A DNA stretch of 64,000 nucleotides from Bryobacteraceae bacterium (GTDB lineage Bacteria; Acidobacteriota; Terriglobia; Bryobacterales; Bryobacteraceae), in the NCBI GenBank assembly GCA_035575135.1, contig DATLYE010000057.1, positions 13,961 to 77,960 of the forward strand, given 5' to 3'. A program made the position numbers and the translations under genes. Each line of letters starts with the position of its first letter. Position 1 is the stretch's first letter. Shown piece by piece: positions 48,428-56,991 of this stretch. Below the pieces are notes generated by a model. It made no database searches. It saw nothing but the letters and a program-made list of their open reading frames with translations, and was not told the DNA's origin.

Positions 48428-48769
48428 ATGCCGCTCCGCTTCACGCTGTTCAACGCGATCACGCTGGTGATCGCGGCCGTCACGCTCGCAACGGGAGTGG
48501 CGCTGGCGCGCGGCAAGCTGCGGCCCAACTGGCTGCTTGCCTACTACGTGCTCATCACAGCTTACTGGAAGGCTTTTGAGGGAGCTTTGAACGGCGTGTG
48601 GGTCTTCGCCGGCCTGAGCTGCGCCGTGCTTTTGCGATTGAACTTACCGGGAGGCGGCGGGGAGCGCGCCGTGCGGTGGAGCGCGCTGGCTGCTTTGGCT
48701 TACGTCTTCTTGCGGGGCGTGGACCTGATCCTCGGAGGGGAGCTTTTCTACTTACTCTTCCACCGGTAG
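48428..48769 (+). CDS. Hypothetical 113-aa polytopic (3-4 TM) membrane protein
   Basis: Starts 3 nt after the barrel gene's stop. Hydrophobic segments FTLFNAITLVIAAVTLATGVALA, WLLAYYVLITAYW, VWVFAGLSCAVLLRL and ALAALAYVFLRGVDLIL. No haem or metal motif. Confidence 0.5.
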   Translation: MPLRFTLFNAITLVIAAVTLATGVALARGKLRPNWLLAYYVLITAYWKAFEGALNGVWVFAGLSCAVLLRLNLPGGGGERAVRWSALAALAYVFLRGVDLILGGELFYLLFHR

Positions 48770-49132
48770 CCCCGCTTCCTTCCAGGCCCGCCAGCCTCCG
48801 TCGAGCGAGATGACATCCGTGTAGCCCATCTTGCCCAGGGATTCGGCCGAAAGCACCGAGCGGTAGCCCCCGCCGCAATAGAGCACGATTTTGGTGTTCT
48901 TGTCCGGGACGTGAGTTTCGATGTCGCGCTCCAGAATGCCGCGACAGATGTGGAGGGCGCCCTTGGCGTGGCCGGCCGCCCACTCGCTCTCCTCGCGGAC
49001 GTCAATCAGCACGAACTTCTCGCCGGAGGCGGCGAGCTTCCTGAATTCGTCAATACCGAAATGCTTGACCCGTGTTTTGGCCTCACTCACCAGCGCCAGA
49101 AACCCGGGGTTGTGACGGTGGCCGCTTGTCAT
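48752..49132 (-). CDS. Rhodanese-domain sulfurtransferase
   Basis: [21 protein letters not shown] and the active-site loop [10 protein letters not shown]. The ATG overlaps the murA stop (ATGA). The 3' end overlaps the convergent 113-aa ORF by 18 nt. Confidence 0.85.
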   Translation of the reverse strand: MTSGHRHNPGFLALVSEAKTRVKHFGIDEFRKLAASGEKFVLIDVREESEWAAGHAKGALHICRGILERDIETHVPDKNTKIVLYCGGGYRSVLSAESLGKMGYTDVISLDGGWRAWKEAGLPVEE

Positions 49133-50391
49133 GGCGAGGAAATTCTCTCAATCCGGGCCCCGAGAGCGCCCAGCTTCTGCTCGATTCTCTCATATCCGCG
49201 GTCAATGTGGTAGACCCGGTCAATCAGCGTCTCACCGCGGGCCACGAGCGCCGCCAGGACCAACGAGGCGCTGGCGCGCAGGTCCGAAGCGATCACTGCG
49301 GCGCCGGTCAGTTGGCGGGGTCCCGTGACGATGGCCTGCCGTCCTTCCAGGCGGATGTCGGCTCCCATGCGCATGAGCTCGAGGGCGTGCATGAAACGGT
49401 TCTCGAAAATGGTCTCCGTAATGACGGAGACACCTTCGGCCTGAGTCATCAGAGCCATGAACTGGGCCTGGAGGTCGGTGGCAAAACCGGGGTACTCTTC
49501 GGTCGTGACGTCCACCGCCACCAGACGCCCGGGACGGCGCACGCGGAGCGCGCCGGCTCCGGCTTCGGTGATTTCTGCTCCGGCCTGGCGGAGCTTGACC
49601 AGAAGCGCGCCCAGGTGCTCGGGCACGCAGTCCGTCACGAGGACGTCGCCGCCGGTGATTGCGCCGGCGATGAGGAAGGTTCCGGCTTCGATCCGGTCCG
49701 GAATGATGGTGTGGGCGGCGCCGTGGAGGCGCGTGACTCCTTGCACGCGGATGGTCGAGGTGCCCACACCCTGGATGCGGGCGCCCATCCTGGAAAGCAG
49801 CTCCGCCAGGTCCACGACTTCGGGCTCGCGCGCGGCGTTTTCGAGTACGGTCTCGCCGTCGGCGAGCACCGCGGCCATGAGCAGGTCTTCCGTGCCGGTG
49901 ACGGTGATGCGGTCGAAATGGACGCGTGCGCCGCGCAACCCGTTCGGGGCTTGGGCCTGGATGTAGCCGTGTTCTTGAGAGATCCGGGCGCCGAGCGCCT
50001 CCAGGCCGGCCAGGTGCAGATTGATGGGGCGGGCTCCGATGGCGCACCCGCCGGGCAGAGAGACGCGCGCCCGGCCGCAGCGGGCCACGAGCGGTCCGAG
50101 GACAAGGCTCGAGGCGCGCATGGTCTTGACGAGCTCATAGGGAGCTTCCGGCCTGCGGATCTCCGCGGCGGTGACGGTGAGCGCTCCGTCGCGCTCCTCG
50201 ACCGCCGCGCCGCAGTATTCCAGCAACTGGCGCATGGTGCGGATGTCCCGCACGGCCGGGACGCGGTGGAGAATGACCGGCTCGGAGGTCAGAAGGCAGG
50301 CGGCCATGGCCGGCAGAGCGGCGTTCTTGGCGCCGCTTGTCGCCACCTGACCTTCCAGCCGCACACCGCCGCGCACCAGGAACCGGTCCAT
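49129..50391 (-). CDS. murA: UDP-N-acetylglucosamine 1-carboxyvinyltransferase
   Basis: [34 protein letters not shown].. with full-length MurA pattern. 420 aa. Confidence 0.96.
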   Translation of the reverse strand: MDRFLVRGGVRLEGQVATSGAKNAALPAMAACLLTSEPVILHRVPAVRDIRTMRQLLEYCGAAVEERDGALTVTAAEIRRPEAPYELVKTMRASSLVLGPLVARCGRARVSLPGGCAIGARPINLHLAGLEALGARISQEHGYIQAQAPNGLRGARVHFDRITVTGTEDLLMAAVLADGETVLENAAREPEVVDLAELLSRMGARIQGVGTSTIRVQGVTRLHGAAHTIIPDRIEAGTFLIAGAITGGDVLVTDCVPEHLGALLVKLRQAGAEITEAGAGALRVRRPGRLVAVDVTTEEYPGFATDLQAQFMALMTQAEGVSVITETIFENRFMHALELMRMGADIRLEGRQAIVTGPRQLTGAAVIASDLRASASLVLAALVARGETLIDRVYHIDRGYERIEQKLGALGARIERISSP

Positions 50392-50395
50392 CGCA

Positions 50396-51286
50396 TCAAC
50401 TCCTCAAGGCTTCCGAGAGGCGGCCCCCGGCCTCGGCAAGGCGGCGGAGGGCTTCGTCGCGGGGAAGCTTCAGCCGGGCCATGAGGATCGCCACTTTGAC
50501 GTCGCCCCGGGCCTCATCGAGTAACCGGGCGGCCTCCGCCGCATCCACACCCGCAACCTGCCGAATGATTCTGCGGGCGCGTTCGACGAGCTTGGTGTTC
50601 TTGGCCTGGACGTTCACCATCAGGTTACCGTAGACATGTCCCAGACGGATCATGACGGCCGTCGAGATCATGTTGAGGACGAGTTTGGCGGCCGTGCCCG
50701 CCTTCATACGCGTGGAGCCCGCGATGATTTCCGGGCCTGTGAGCGGAACGATGGCGATCTCCACCTGCCGCGCCAGTTGCGAATCAGGGTTCGCGGTCAG
50801 GCCCACCGTTACGGCGCCGAGGCGTCGTGCGGCAGCAACGGCGCCGAGCACGTAAGGAGTGCGGCCGCTGGCCGAAACGGCCACGAGAACGTCGCCGGCC
50901 CCAAAGCCGCGATCGAGCAGGTCGCGTTCGCCGGCCGCTGCATCATCTTCACTGGCCTCCGTGGCCCGGGCAAGAGCCTTTTCTCCTCCGGCGATGACGG
51001 CCTGGACAAGATCAGAGGAAACGCCGAAGGTGGGCGGGCACTCGGCCGCATCCAAGGCTGCGAGGCGGCCGCTGGTGCCGGCGCCGATATAGAACAGCCT
51101 TCCGCCACCGCGAAGCGCCGACTCGATGGCTTCGACGGCGCGTGCGATATTGGGGATCTCGGCGGCCACCGCCGGCGGGACCTTGTGGTCTTCGTCGTTG
51201 ATGATTCGAAGGATCTGCTCGACGGGCAGGGCGTCTATACCGCGGGAGGCGGGGTTGGATTGTTCGGTGAGGAGTTCGTCGGACAT
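50396..51286 (-). CDS. murQ: N-acetylmuramic acid 6-phosphate etherase
   Basis: [16 protein letters not shown].., [29 protein letters not shown] (SIS domain). The start is ATG 51286 or 51325. Confidence 0.9.
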   Translation of the reverse strand: MSDELLTEQSNPASRGIDALPVEQILRIINDEDHKVPPAVAAEIPNIARAVEAIESALRGGGRLFYIGAGTSGRLAALDAAECPPTFGVSSDLVQAVIAGGEKALARATEASEDDAAAGERDLLDRGFGAGDVLVAVSASGRTPYVLGAVAAARRLGAVTVGLTANPDSQLARQVEIAIVPLTGPEIIAGSTRMKAGTAAKLVLNMISTAVMIRLGHVYGNLMVNVQAKNTKLVERARRIIRQVAGVDAAEAARLLDEARGDVKVAILMARLKLPRDEALRRLAEAGGRLSEALRS

Positions 51287-51474
51287 ATGCCACAGAGCAC
51301 ATGCTCGGCTGGAATCATCGAGCATTGCCCACCCCCTAATGTAATCAGAAACTGAGGGGCCAGTGGATCTGCGCCGGAGGCAGGCGGGCGCTACGGTTCA
51401 GTGGGGGGATCCTCATAGGTCTGAGGGGGATATCCGACGCCCAGATCGAGACAACGTTTCGGCGCGCCATTTGG

Positions 51475-51514
51475 AGTACTTAAGTACTAGTACAACTTCG
51501 TTGTTTCTAGTACT
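51475..51514. repeat. Cluster of four AGTAC(T) palindromic units in an AT-rich spacer (candidate operator array)
   Basis: AGTACTTAAGTACT (51475-51488) is a perfect 14-bp palindrome. GTACTAGTAC (51484-51493) is an overlapping 10-bp palindrome. A fourth AGTACT lies at 51509-51514. TTGGAG direct repeats flank the cluster at 51471 and 51520. Confidence 0.85.
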
Positions 51515-51625
51515 TTAGTTTGGAGATTTGGTGGCGAAAGGTATAAACGGAATGTGATCAATAGGTTGCAATGATGACTCCCGCGCGCCTGGCGCTATGC
51601 CCCCGCTTTTAGCTGGAATAAAGTC

Positions 51626-51654
51626 TTGACCCGAATGAGGGTATAGATTATCAT
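51626..51654 (+). promoter_or_regulatory. Candidate sigma70-type promoter of the PEP-CTERM gene
   Basis: TTGACC (51626-51631), N17, TATCAT (49-54 of 516xx, i.e. 51649-51654), about 34 nt upstream of ATG 51688, with GGAGG at about 51674. Confidence 0.55.
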
Positions 51655-51687
51655 TGGTTGATGTTTGAAGACGGAGGCAGACACGAG

Positions 51688-52311
51688 ATGAAGAAGATCA
51701 TGCTGGGAGTCGCACTAGCTCTAACTCTGATGGTGGGAATGGCGGCGGCCACCCCGGTTTGTGCAAGCGGGGCGGACGTACTGACGCTGGGTACCTGCCA
51801 GTTCGGAGGCCTCACTTTCAGCGGATGGGGCGTTACTGGAGCGGGTTTGACGAGCGTAACTGTCTTTTTCGGACAGAACAGCAGCACTTCAGGTAGCACG
51901 GTGTACGTTAACTTCCAGATAACACACATGCCGAGTCCCGTGTCGGCGGCGGACATCCTGCTCTCGTACGCGGTCTCGGGTGGGCTGATCGGGGTAGACC
52001 TCTTTTTGGGTACACACGTGGCTCCCGTGACGATCATCGAGAATGTGTGTGCCGTGCCGTTCGTGCAAGGGTCCTGCCCGGCCGGGAACCTCTTGGCGAG
52101 CTACGCAGTGAACTCAGCCAATCCCACCAACGCGGCCTTTTTTGCCCCGCATCAGACCGTTTACATCGTCAAAGACATCCAGATGGGTCCGGGGTCGGCA
52201 ATCAGCGACTTCACCAACAGCCACCACGTTCCGGAACCTCTGACGCTTTCCTTGACGGGTCTGGGGCTGCTGGCAGCCGGTTGGCTTGGACGCCGCCGCG
52301 TGCGCGGATAG
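51688..52311 (+). CDS. PEP-CTERM sorting-domain secreted protein (exosortase substrate)
   Basis: Signal peptide MKKIMLGVALALTLMVGMAAA. C-terminal VPEPLTLSLTGLGLLAAGWLGRRRVRG, i.e. the PEP motif, a TM helix and an Arg cluster. The mature region is Gly/Ser/Thr/Val-rich. Visibly lower GC than the flanks. Confidence 0.85.
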   Translation: MKKIMLGVALALTLMVGMAAATPVCASGADVLTLGTCQFGGLTFSGWGVTGAGLTSVTVFFGQNSSTSGSTVYVNFQITHMPSPVSAADILLSYAVSGGLIGVDLFLGTHVAPVTIIENVCAVPFVQGSCPAGNLLASYAVNSANPTNAAFFAPHQTVYIVKDIQMGPGSAISDFTNSHHVPEPLTLSLTGLGLLAAGWLGRRRVRG

Positions 52312-52335
52312 ACATCGCCAAGTCCGACCACAGGC

Positions 52336-52374
52336 AGGAACAGCCGGGCGTAGAGCCCGGCTGTTCCTTTTTGT
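52336..52374 (+). terminator. Rho-independent terminator
   Basis: Perfect 14-bp stem AGGAACAGCCGGGC / GCCCGGCTGTTCCT, a 5-nt loop GTAGA and a T-tract TTTTTGT, 25 nt after the PEP-CTERM stop. Confidence 0.85.
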
Positions 52375-52491
52375 GGAAAGTTCTTTTCTTTGAGAAGAGA
52401 GCTTGGCGCGGGTAGCCGCCGCTCCGATGGGGGGCGAGCGGCTAGAATGGACCGCGCCCCTCAAGATTAAGAGGGGAATAATGGGGCGCGG

Positions 52492-52815
52492 TCAGGCCGA
52501 GAACGAGCTGCCGCAGCCGCAGGTCGAACGAACGTTTGGGTTGGTGAACTTGAAGCCTGAGCCCTCGATCGTTTCCACGTAATCCACCTCGGCCCCGTCA
52601 AGGTAGAGCATGCTGGCCTGGTCAATGAAGACCTTGAGACCGTCGAAGTTGTAGACCTTGTCGAGCAGCCCAGGGTTGTTTTCGAACGCCATAGAGTAGG
52701 TAAAGCCGGAGCAGCCGCCTCCGACCACCGCGATGCGGAGTCCCGCAGGCTTGGGGTCCTGCGTCTCCATAATCTCCTTGACTTTGCCTATGGCCCGTTC
52801 GGTCAATTGAATCAT
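52492..52815 (-). CDS. Iron-sulfur cluster insertion/assembly protein (HesB/IscA/ErpA family)
   Basis: 107 aa. GLRIAVVGGGCSGFTY and the C-terminal STCGCGSSF cysteine ligands. Confidence 0.92.
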   Translation of the reverse strand: MIQLTERAIGKVKEIMETQDPKPAGLRIAVVGGGCSGFTYSMAFENNPGLLDKVYNFDGLKVFIDQASMLYLDGAEVDYVETIEGSGFKFTNPNVRSTCGCGSSFSA

Positions 52816-52944
52816 TGCCGTTTCCCTCTGGTGGAATTCTCTTCTCTAGCCTTCATTGTAGCGGTTTACTCGGGAGATTTCCAGGGGCGGCTTGGGGGGT
52901 GGCCCACCTGATTTCGGGGGCAAGGCTGAGGGGGCGGATCTGCT

Positions 52945-53697
52945 ATGTTGAATGAGAAGCCGCCCGGAGACCCGCCCCGGGCGGCCTTCGGCCCGAAACC
53001 ACCGGAGTTTGCAGCGCGTCCCACTGGATGTATGAACGGGATGAGCGGTGCGCTCCCACTTGCGGTTTCCGGCGAGAGGATCCCGGTGAGGGCGAATGTG
53101 GACCACCGCAATTCCGAAGAAGCCCATCTGGTGCGCCGCATCCAGCAGGGCGACGAGATGGCGTTCCGAGAGGTCGTCGAGCGCTACCAGAGCAAAGTTT
53201 TCTCGATCATCTACGGGATCCTGCGCAACCGGAACGACGCCGAAGACATCGCCCAGCAGGTTTTTGCCAAGATCTATTTCTCGATCCGGAGCTTCGACTT
53301 TCGCAGTTCCCTGCTGACGTGGATCTACAAGATCACCATCAACGAGTGCTACGACTACCTGCGGAAACGGCGAGTGCGCAAGCTCGTCTACGAGAGCGAT
53401 TTTTCCGAGGAAGACGCCCTGCGCCTCCGTAATTCGGAGGCGGCGATGGATCAGGGGCCTTCGGTGGAAGGCGATCTGGCGCGGCGGGATTACGTAGTGA
53501 AGCTGCTGGCGAAGCTGCCGGAAGAAGATCGGACGCTGATGCTGCTCAAGGAAGTGGAAGGCCACTCGGTTGAGGAGCTTGCACAGATGACGGGGTTGAA
53601 TCAGAATACGATCAAGGTCAAGTTGTTCCGGGCGCGCCAGAAGTTGCTCAAGGCCGCCGAGAGGCTGGACCGGGCCCCGGGCGCGGCGCCGGCCTGA
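52945..53697 (+). CDS. ECF-type RNA polymerase sigma-70 family factor
   Basis: Region 2 (FREVVERYQSKVFSIIYGILRNRNDAEDIAQQVFAKIY..WIYKITINECYDYLRKRR). Region 4 (LPEEDRTLMLLKEVEGHSVEELAQMTGLNQNTIKVKLFRARQKL). The start is uncertain, with possible later starts at 53032 or 53041. Confidence 0.85.
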   Translation: MLNEKPPGDPPRAAFGPKPPEFAARPTGCMNGMSGALPLAVSGERIPVRANVDHRNSEEAHLVRRIQQGDEMAFREVVERYQSKVFSIIYGILRNRNDAEDIAQQVFAKIYFSIRSFDFRSSLLTWIYKITINECYDYLRKRRVRKLVYESDFSEEDALRLRNSEAAMDQGPSVEGDLARRDYVVKLLAKLPEEDRTLMLLKEVEGHSVEELAQMTGLNQNTIKVKLFRARQKLLKAAERLDRAPGAAPA

Positions 53698-53753
53698 GGC
53701 GGCAGGCTTTCCAAGGCGGGCAATCAGATCCGCCGGGAAGAGAAAGAGGCACA

Positions 53754-54242
53754 ATGAGGGAAGAAGACGCGATGCACGGCGTGATCAGGGAACACCTGGA
53801 GGAGTATCTGGAAGGCGATCCCCGGCACAGAGTTCCCCCGGACTTCCATGCTCACCTTCGGGAGTGCGGGGACTGCCGGCTGACGGTGGAGCGCATGCAG
53901 AGGCAGGCCGATCTGGTGCGGGGTCTGCGGTGTCCGACAGAGGGACTGGATCCGGCTGTCGGGTTTTATGCGCGTGTGACGATGCGAATTGAAGCCGAGC
54001 GCGCTGCGTCCTTCTGGAATGTGTTTGCCGACCCGGTGTTTGGCAAGGTCCTCGTATTCGCCTCGCTGGCGGCCTTTGTGTTGCTGGGCGGATACCTGAT
54101 CTCGAGCGAGCGCAGCTACGCCCACCGGGATGCCCCGATGATGCTGATCGCCCAGGAGCCGCCCGAATATGAGCTGGTCGGCTCGGGCCCCGAACAGGAC
54201 CGGCAGGCCGTACTGGTTACGCTGGCCAGCTACGAGGAGTGA
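53754..54242 (+). CDS. Anti-sigma factor (zf-HC2 type, single TM)
   Basis: HAHLRECGDCRLTVERM matches Hx3Cx2C. TM segment VLVFASLAAFVLLGGYLI. Lies immediately downstream of the ECF sigma gene. Confidence 0.8.
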   Translation: MREEDAMHGVIREHLEEYLEGDPRHRVPPDFHAHLRECGDCRLTVERMQRQADLVRGLRCPTEGLDPAVGFYARVTMRIEAERAASFWNVFADPVFGKVLVFASLAAFVLLGGYLISSERSYAHRDAPMMLIAQEPPEYELVGSGPEQDRQAVLVTLASYEE

Positions 54243-54246
54243 CCTG

Positions 54247-54621
54247 ATGGTCCCCCGATGCCCCTCCTGGCATAGCCCGCGCGTACTGCTCTCTCTGGTC
54301 CTGGTCTTTCTGTGCGGCATGATGGCCGGCGCGCTCCTGATGCGCTACGGCGTCCACGCGGCGCTGCACGGGCGGGAGCCGGGCCTCGATCCGAGACTCA
54401 CCGTCGAGAACCTCCGCAGAGAGCTGGATCTGACGCCGAAGCAGGCCGAAGAACTTAAAATCATTCTCGACGACTTTGTGATGTACGTCCAGAGCCTGCA
54501 GTCGCAGATGGACGAGCTCCGCGGAGCGGGCAAGGAGCGGATCCGCCGCATTCTCAACCCGGAACAACAACGAAAATTCGATCGCCTGCTGGGCCAGCTT
54601 CAGGCCCGCCAGCACCGCTGA
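54247..54621 (+). CDS. Membrane-anchored periplasmic LTXXQ-motif (Spy/CpxP-like) protein
   Basis: N-terminal TM segment VLLSLVLVFLCGMMAGALL. LDLTPKQAEEL and LNPEQQRKF repeats. Starts 4 nt after the anti-sigma stop. Confidence 0.65.
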   Translation: MVPRCPSWHSPRVLLSLVLVFLCGMMAGALLMRYGVHAALHGREPGLDPRLTVENLRRELDLTPKQAEELKIILDDFVMYVQSLQSQMDELRGAGKERIRRILNPEQQRKFDRLLGQLQARQHR

Positions 54622-54628
54622 AAGCGTT

Positions 54629-56935
54629 CTATCCCGTCTTCGCCATCAACTCGCGAATCCGCCCTTCTTCCTCTTTTGGCGGACGGTTGCGCAGCGCCGC
54701 CTGAAGTTCCTGGCGTGCAGCAGCTTTGTCGCCTTTTTGGAGCAGCGCCATGGCATAGTGATAGCGGAAGGTGGGATTGTTGGGCTGCCTGGCGATCAGC
54801 TCACGGTAGATGGCGATCGCATTGTCGCTCAGGTTTTTCTTGATGTAGATCCAGCCCAAGGTGTCGGAGACGTCGTCGGAGTTGGGCAGGCGCTGTTTGG
54901 CGCGCTGGGCATAAGTGAGCGCCAGATCCAGATCGCCTCCCATGTCGGCGATGACGTAGGCCAGGTTGTTGAGGGCGACAGGGCTGTCGGGTTCGAGCTT
55001 GAGGATCTGTTCGTAGGCCGCCTTCGCCTCGGCCACGCGTCCCGTGGCGTGAAGCAACAGGGCGAGGGGGTAGTGGAAATTCGGGTCGCGGGGGCGGAGG
55101 TCTCGGGCCTGTTTGAAGTGGTTCAAGGCGGCGTCCAGGTTGCCCAGGCGCCGGTAGACTTCACCGAGGCGGGCATGGTGCTCGGGGGAGCCCGGCTCCC
55201 GGGCCACGAGTCGCTCGTAGATCGGCGCTGCGGCGTCGTATTTTCCGGCGAGCACGAGCACATTGGCTTCCGCCAGCCAGAGGCGAGGTTCGTCCGGCAG
55301 GCGGCGTTGCTCCTGGCGGAGCATCCCGAGGGCCTGGTCAAATCGCCGCTCGGCGGCGTAGGTCTCAATCATCCCCAGGGAGCAGTCCAGATCCCCGGGT
55401 TGCTGGCGGTGGCACTGCTCAAAGGCCTTTTGGGCATCCGCGTAACGCTGTGACTGGTACTCGATGCGACCGAGCTGAAGCAAAGCTTCCCGGGAGTTCG
55501 GATAGACGCGCAGCAGCTCGATGAGCTGCCGGCGGGCCTGGTCCCTGTCTCCGGAGCCGGCCAAGGCCGCGGCGCGGATCAGGCCGGCCCCGAGATGATT
55601 GGGCGCCCGCGCAAGGATCTCGTTGGCCTGTTGCAGCGCGGGGGCCCATTCTCTCTTGTCCAGGTGGAGCTGGGCCAGGAGCAGGCGCGGGGGCAGGTAG
55701 TCGGCCTGCAAGCGGACGGCTTCCCGCAACTGGTTCTGTGCCGCCTCGAGGTTGCCCTGGAGGCGGTGGGCGCGGCCCAGATGGAAGCGCATGACCGCGT
55801 TGTTGGGCGAGCGCGCCACAGCGGCCTGGAGTTCTTTGAGCGCCGCTTCGACACGCTCCTTACCACCCAGGTCGAGCAATACGGCGGCATGCAAAGCCTG
55901 CAGATCCGCTTCGCCGGGATGCTCTTTCATGAGCTCGGTGAGATAGCGGGCGGCTTCCTCTCCGCGGCCCTGCGCGATCATGACCTCGGCGATCCGGCGC
56001 TGATAGCTGAGCCTGTCTTTGCTCTGGCCTTTACGCAAGCCTTCCCGGTAATAGGCCAAGGCCTTGTCGAAATCGTTGACCCGGGCAAAAAAATCGCCGG
56101 CATCGCGCCAGGCCTGGGGGAAATCGGCAGTCTGGGCGGTGAAGCGTTCCAAGACCTTGGCCGCTTCTTCTCTGCGCCCCACCGCGAAATAATGCTGTGC
56201 CAGTTCAATGTAGGGCTGGGGCCGTTTCGGGTTATTCTCGAGCTTCAGCCGGCGGATGTGCTCGGCTTTGTCGGCCTGGTTGCGGCGGACATACTGCAGA
56301 TAGAGGGCTTCGTAGATCGGCCCGTAATCTTTTTTGCGCGCGATCAGGTCCATGCCCAGTTTTTCCGCTTCCGCCAGCCGGTCCGCCTCTGCGAGTGTCT
56401 GGCACAGCGCCAGGATCAGATCGGGCTGATAGGGCTTGACCGCATTGGCGCGGGTGAAATAGTCCGTGGCGAGCTTCAGATCGCGGTCTCCCCAAGCCAG
56501 GTAGCCCATTAAGCGGAGTCCGTCGTAGGAGTTCGGATTCCTGCGCAGCATCTGCTGTGCGAGATCTTTGATTTCTTCGTAGACCTGGCGGGGTCTGCGA
56601 CCGTCGGCCAGGTAGGCCATCACGTAGAGATCGGCCAGGCGGGCGCGGGCATCGTCGTTGTCGGGCTGCAACTCCACGGCTCGCCGGAATGCGGGAACCG
56701 CCTGCTGCCATTCGCCGGTTTTGAGGTAGGTCAAACCGAGGCGGTAATACGCTTCTCCGTACCGGGCGTCTTTTCGGAGGGCGCTGCGGTACATGATGGA
56801 GGCTTCTTTGTACTTGCCGCGCTCGAAGTACTTGTTGCCGGTCTCTACGTATCGGCGCTTGATCACGTCGGGGTCGCGCGTGCAGGCGACGCTCAGAAAC
56901 AGCAGCGCCGCGCAGACCACAGCAGATGGCTTCAT
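54629..56935 (-). CDS. Large TPR-repeat lipoprotein (768 aa)
   Basis: Lipobox LLFLSVAC. TPR units run essentially end to end (YGEAYYRLGLTYLKTGEWQQAVPAFRRAVELQPDN.. and so on). Confidence 0.85.
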   Translation of the reverse strand: MKPSAVVCAALLFLSVACTRDPDVIKRRYVETGNKYFERGKYKEASIMYRSALRKDARYGEAYYRLGLTYLKTGEWQQAVPAFRRAVELQPDNDDARARLADLYVMAYLADGRRPRQVYEEIKDLAQQMLRRNPNSYDGLRLMGYLAWGDRDLKLATDYFTRANAVKPYQPDLILALCQTLAEADRLAEAEKLGMDLIARKKDYGPIYEALYLQYVRRNQADKAEHIRRLKLENNPKRPQPYIELAQHYFAVGRREEAAKVLERFTAQTADFPQAWRDAGDFFARVNDFDKALAYYREGLRKGQSKDRLSYQRRIAEVMIAQGRGEEAARYLTELMKEHPGEADLQALHAAVLLDLGGKERVEAALKELQAAVARSPNNAVMRFHLGRAHRLQGNLEAAQNQLREAVRLQADYLPPRLLLAQLHLDKREWAPALQQANEILARAPNHLGAGLIRAAALAGSGDRDQARRQLIELLRVYPNSREALLQLGRIEYQSQRYADAQKAFEQCHRQQPGDLDCSLGMIETYAAERRFDQALGMLRQEQRRLPDEPRLWLAEANVLVLAGKYDAAAPIYERLVAREPGSPEHHARLGEVYRRLGNLDAALNHFKQARDLRPRDPNFHYPLALLLHATGRVAEAKAAYEQILKLEPDSPVALNNLAYVIADMGGDLDLALTYAQRAKQRLPNSDDVSDTLGWIYIKKNLSDNAIAIYRELIARQPNNPTFRYHYAMALLQKGDKAAARQELQAALRNRPPKEEEGRIRELMAKTG

Positions 56936-56991
56936 CGCCTCGTCTCCGTCTCGGGTGTTTCCTTTTATGATAAATCGGCCGGTGGAGCGGT

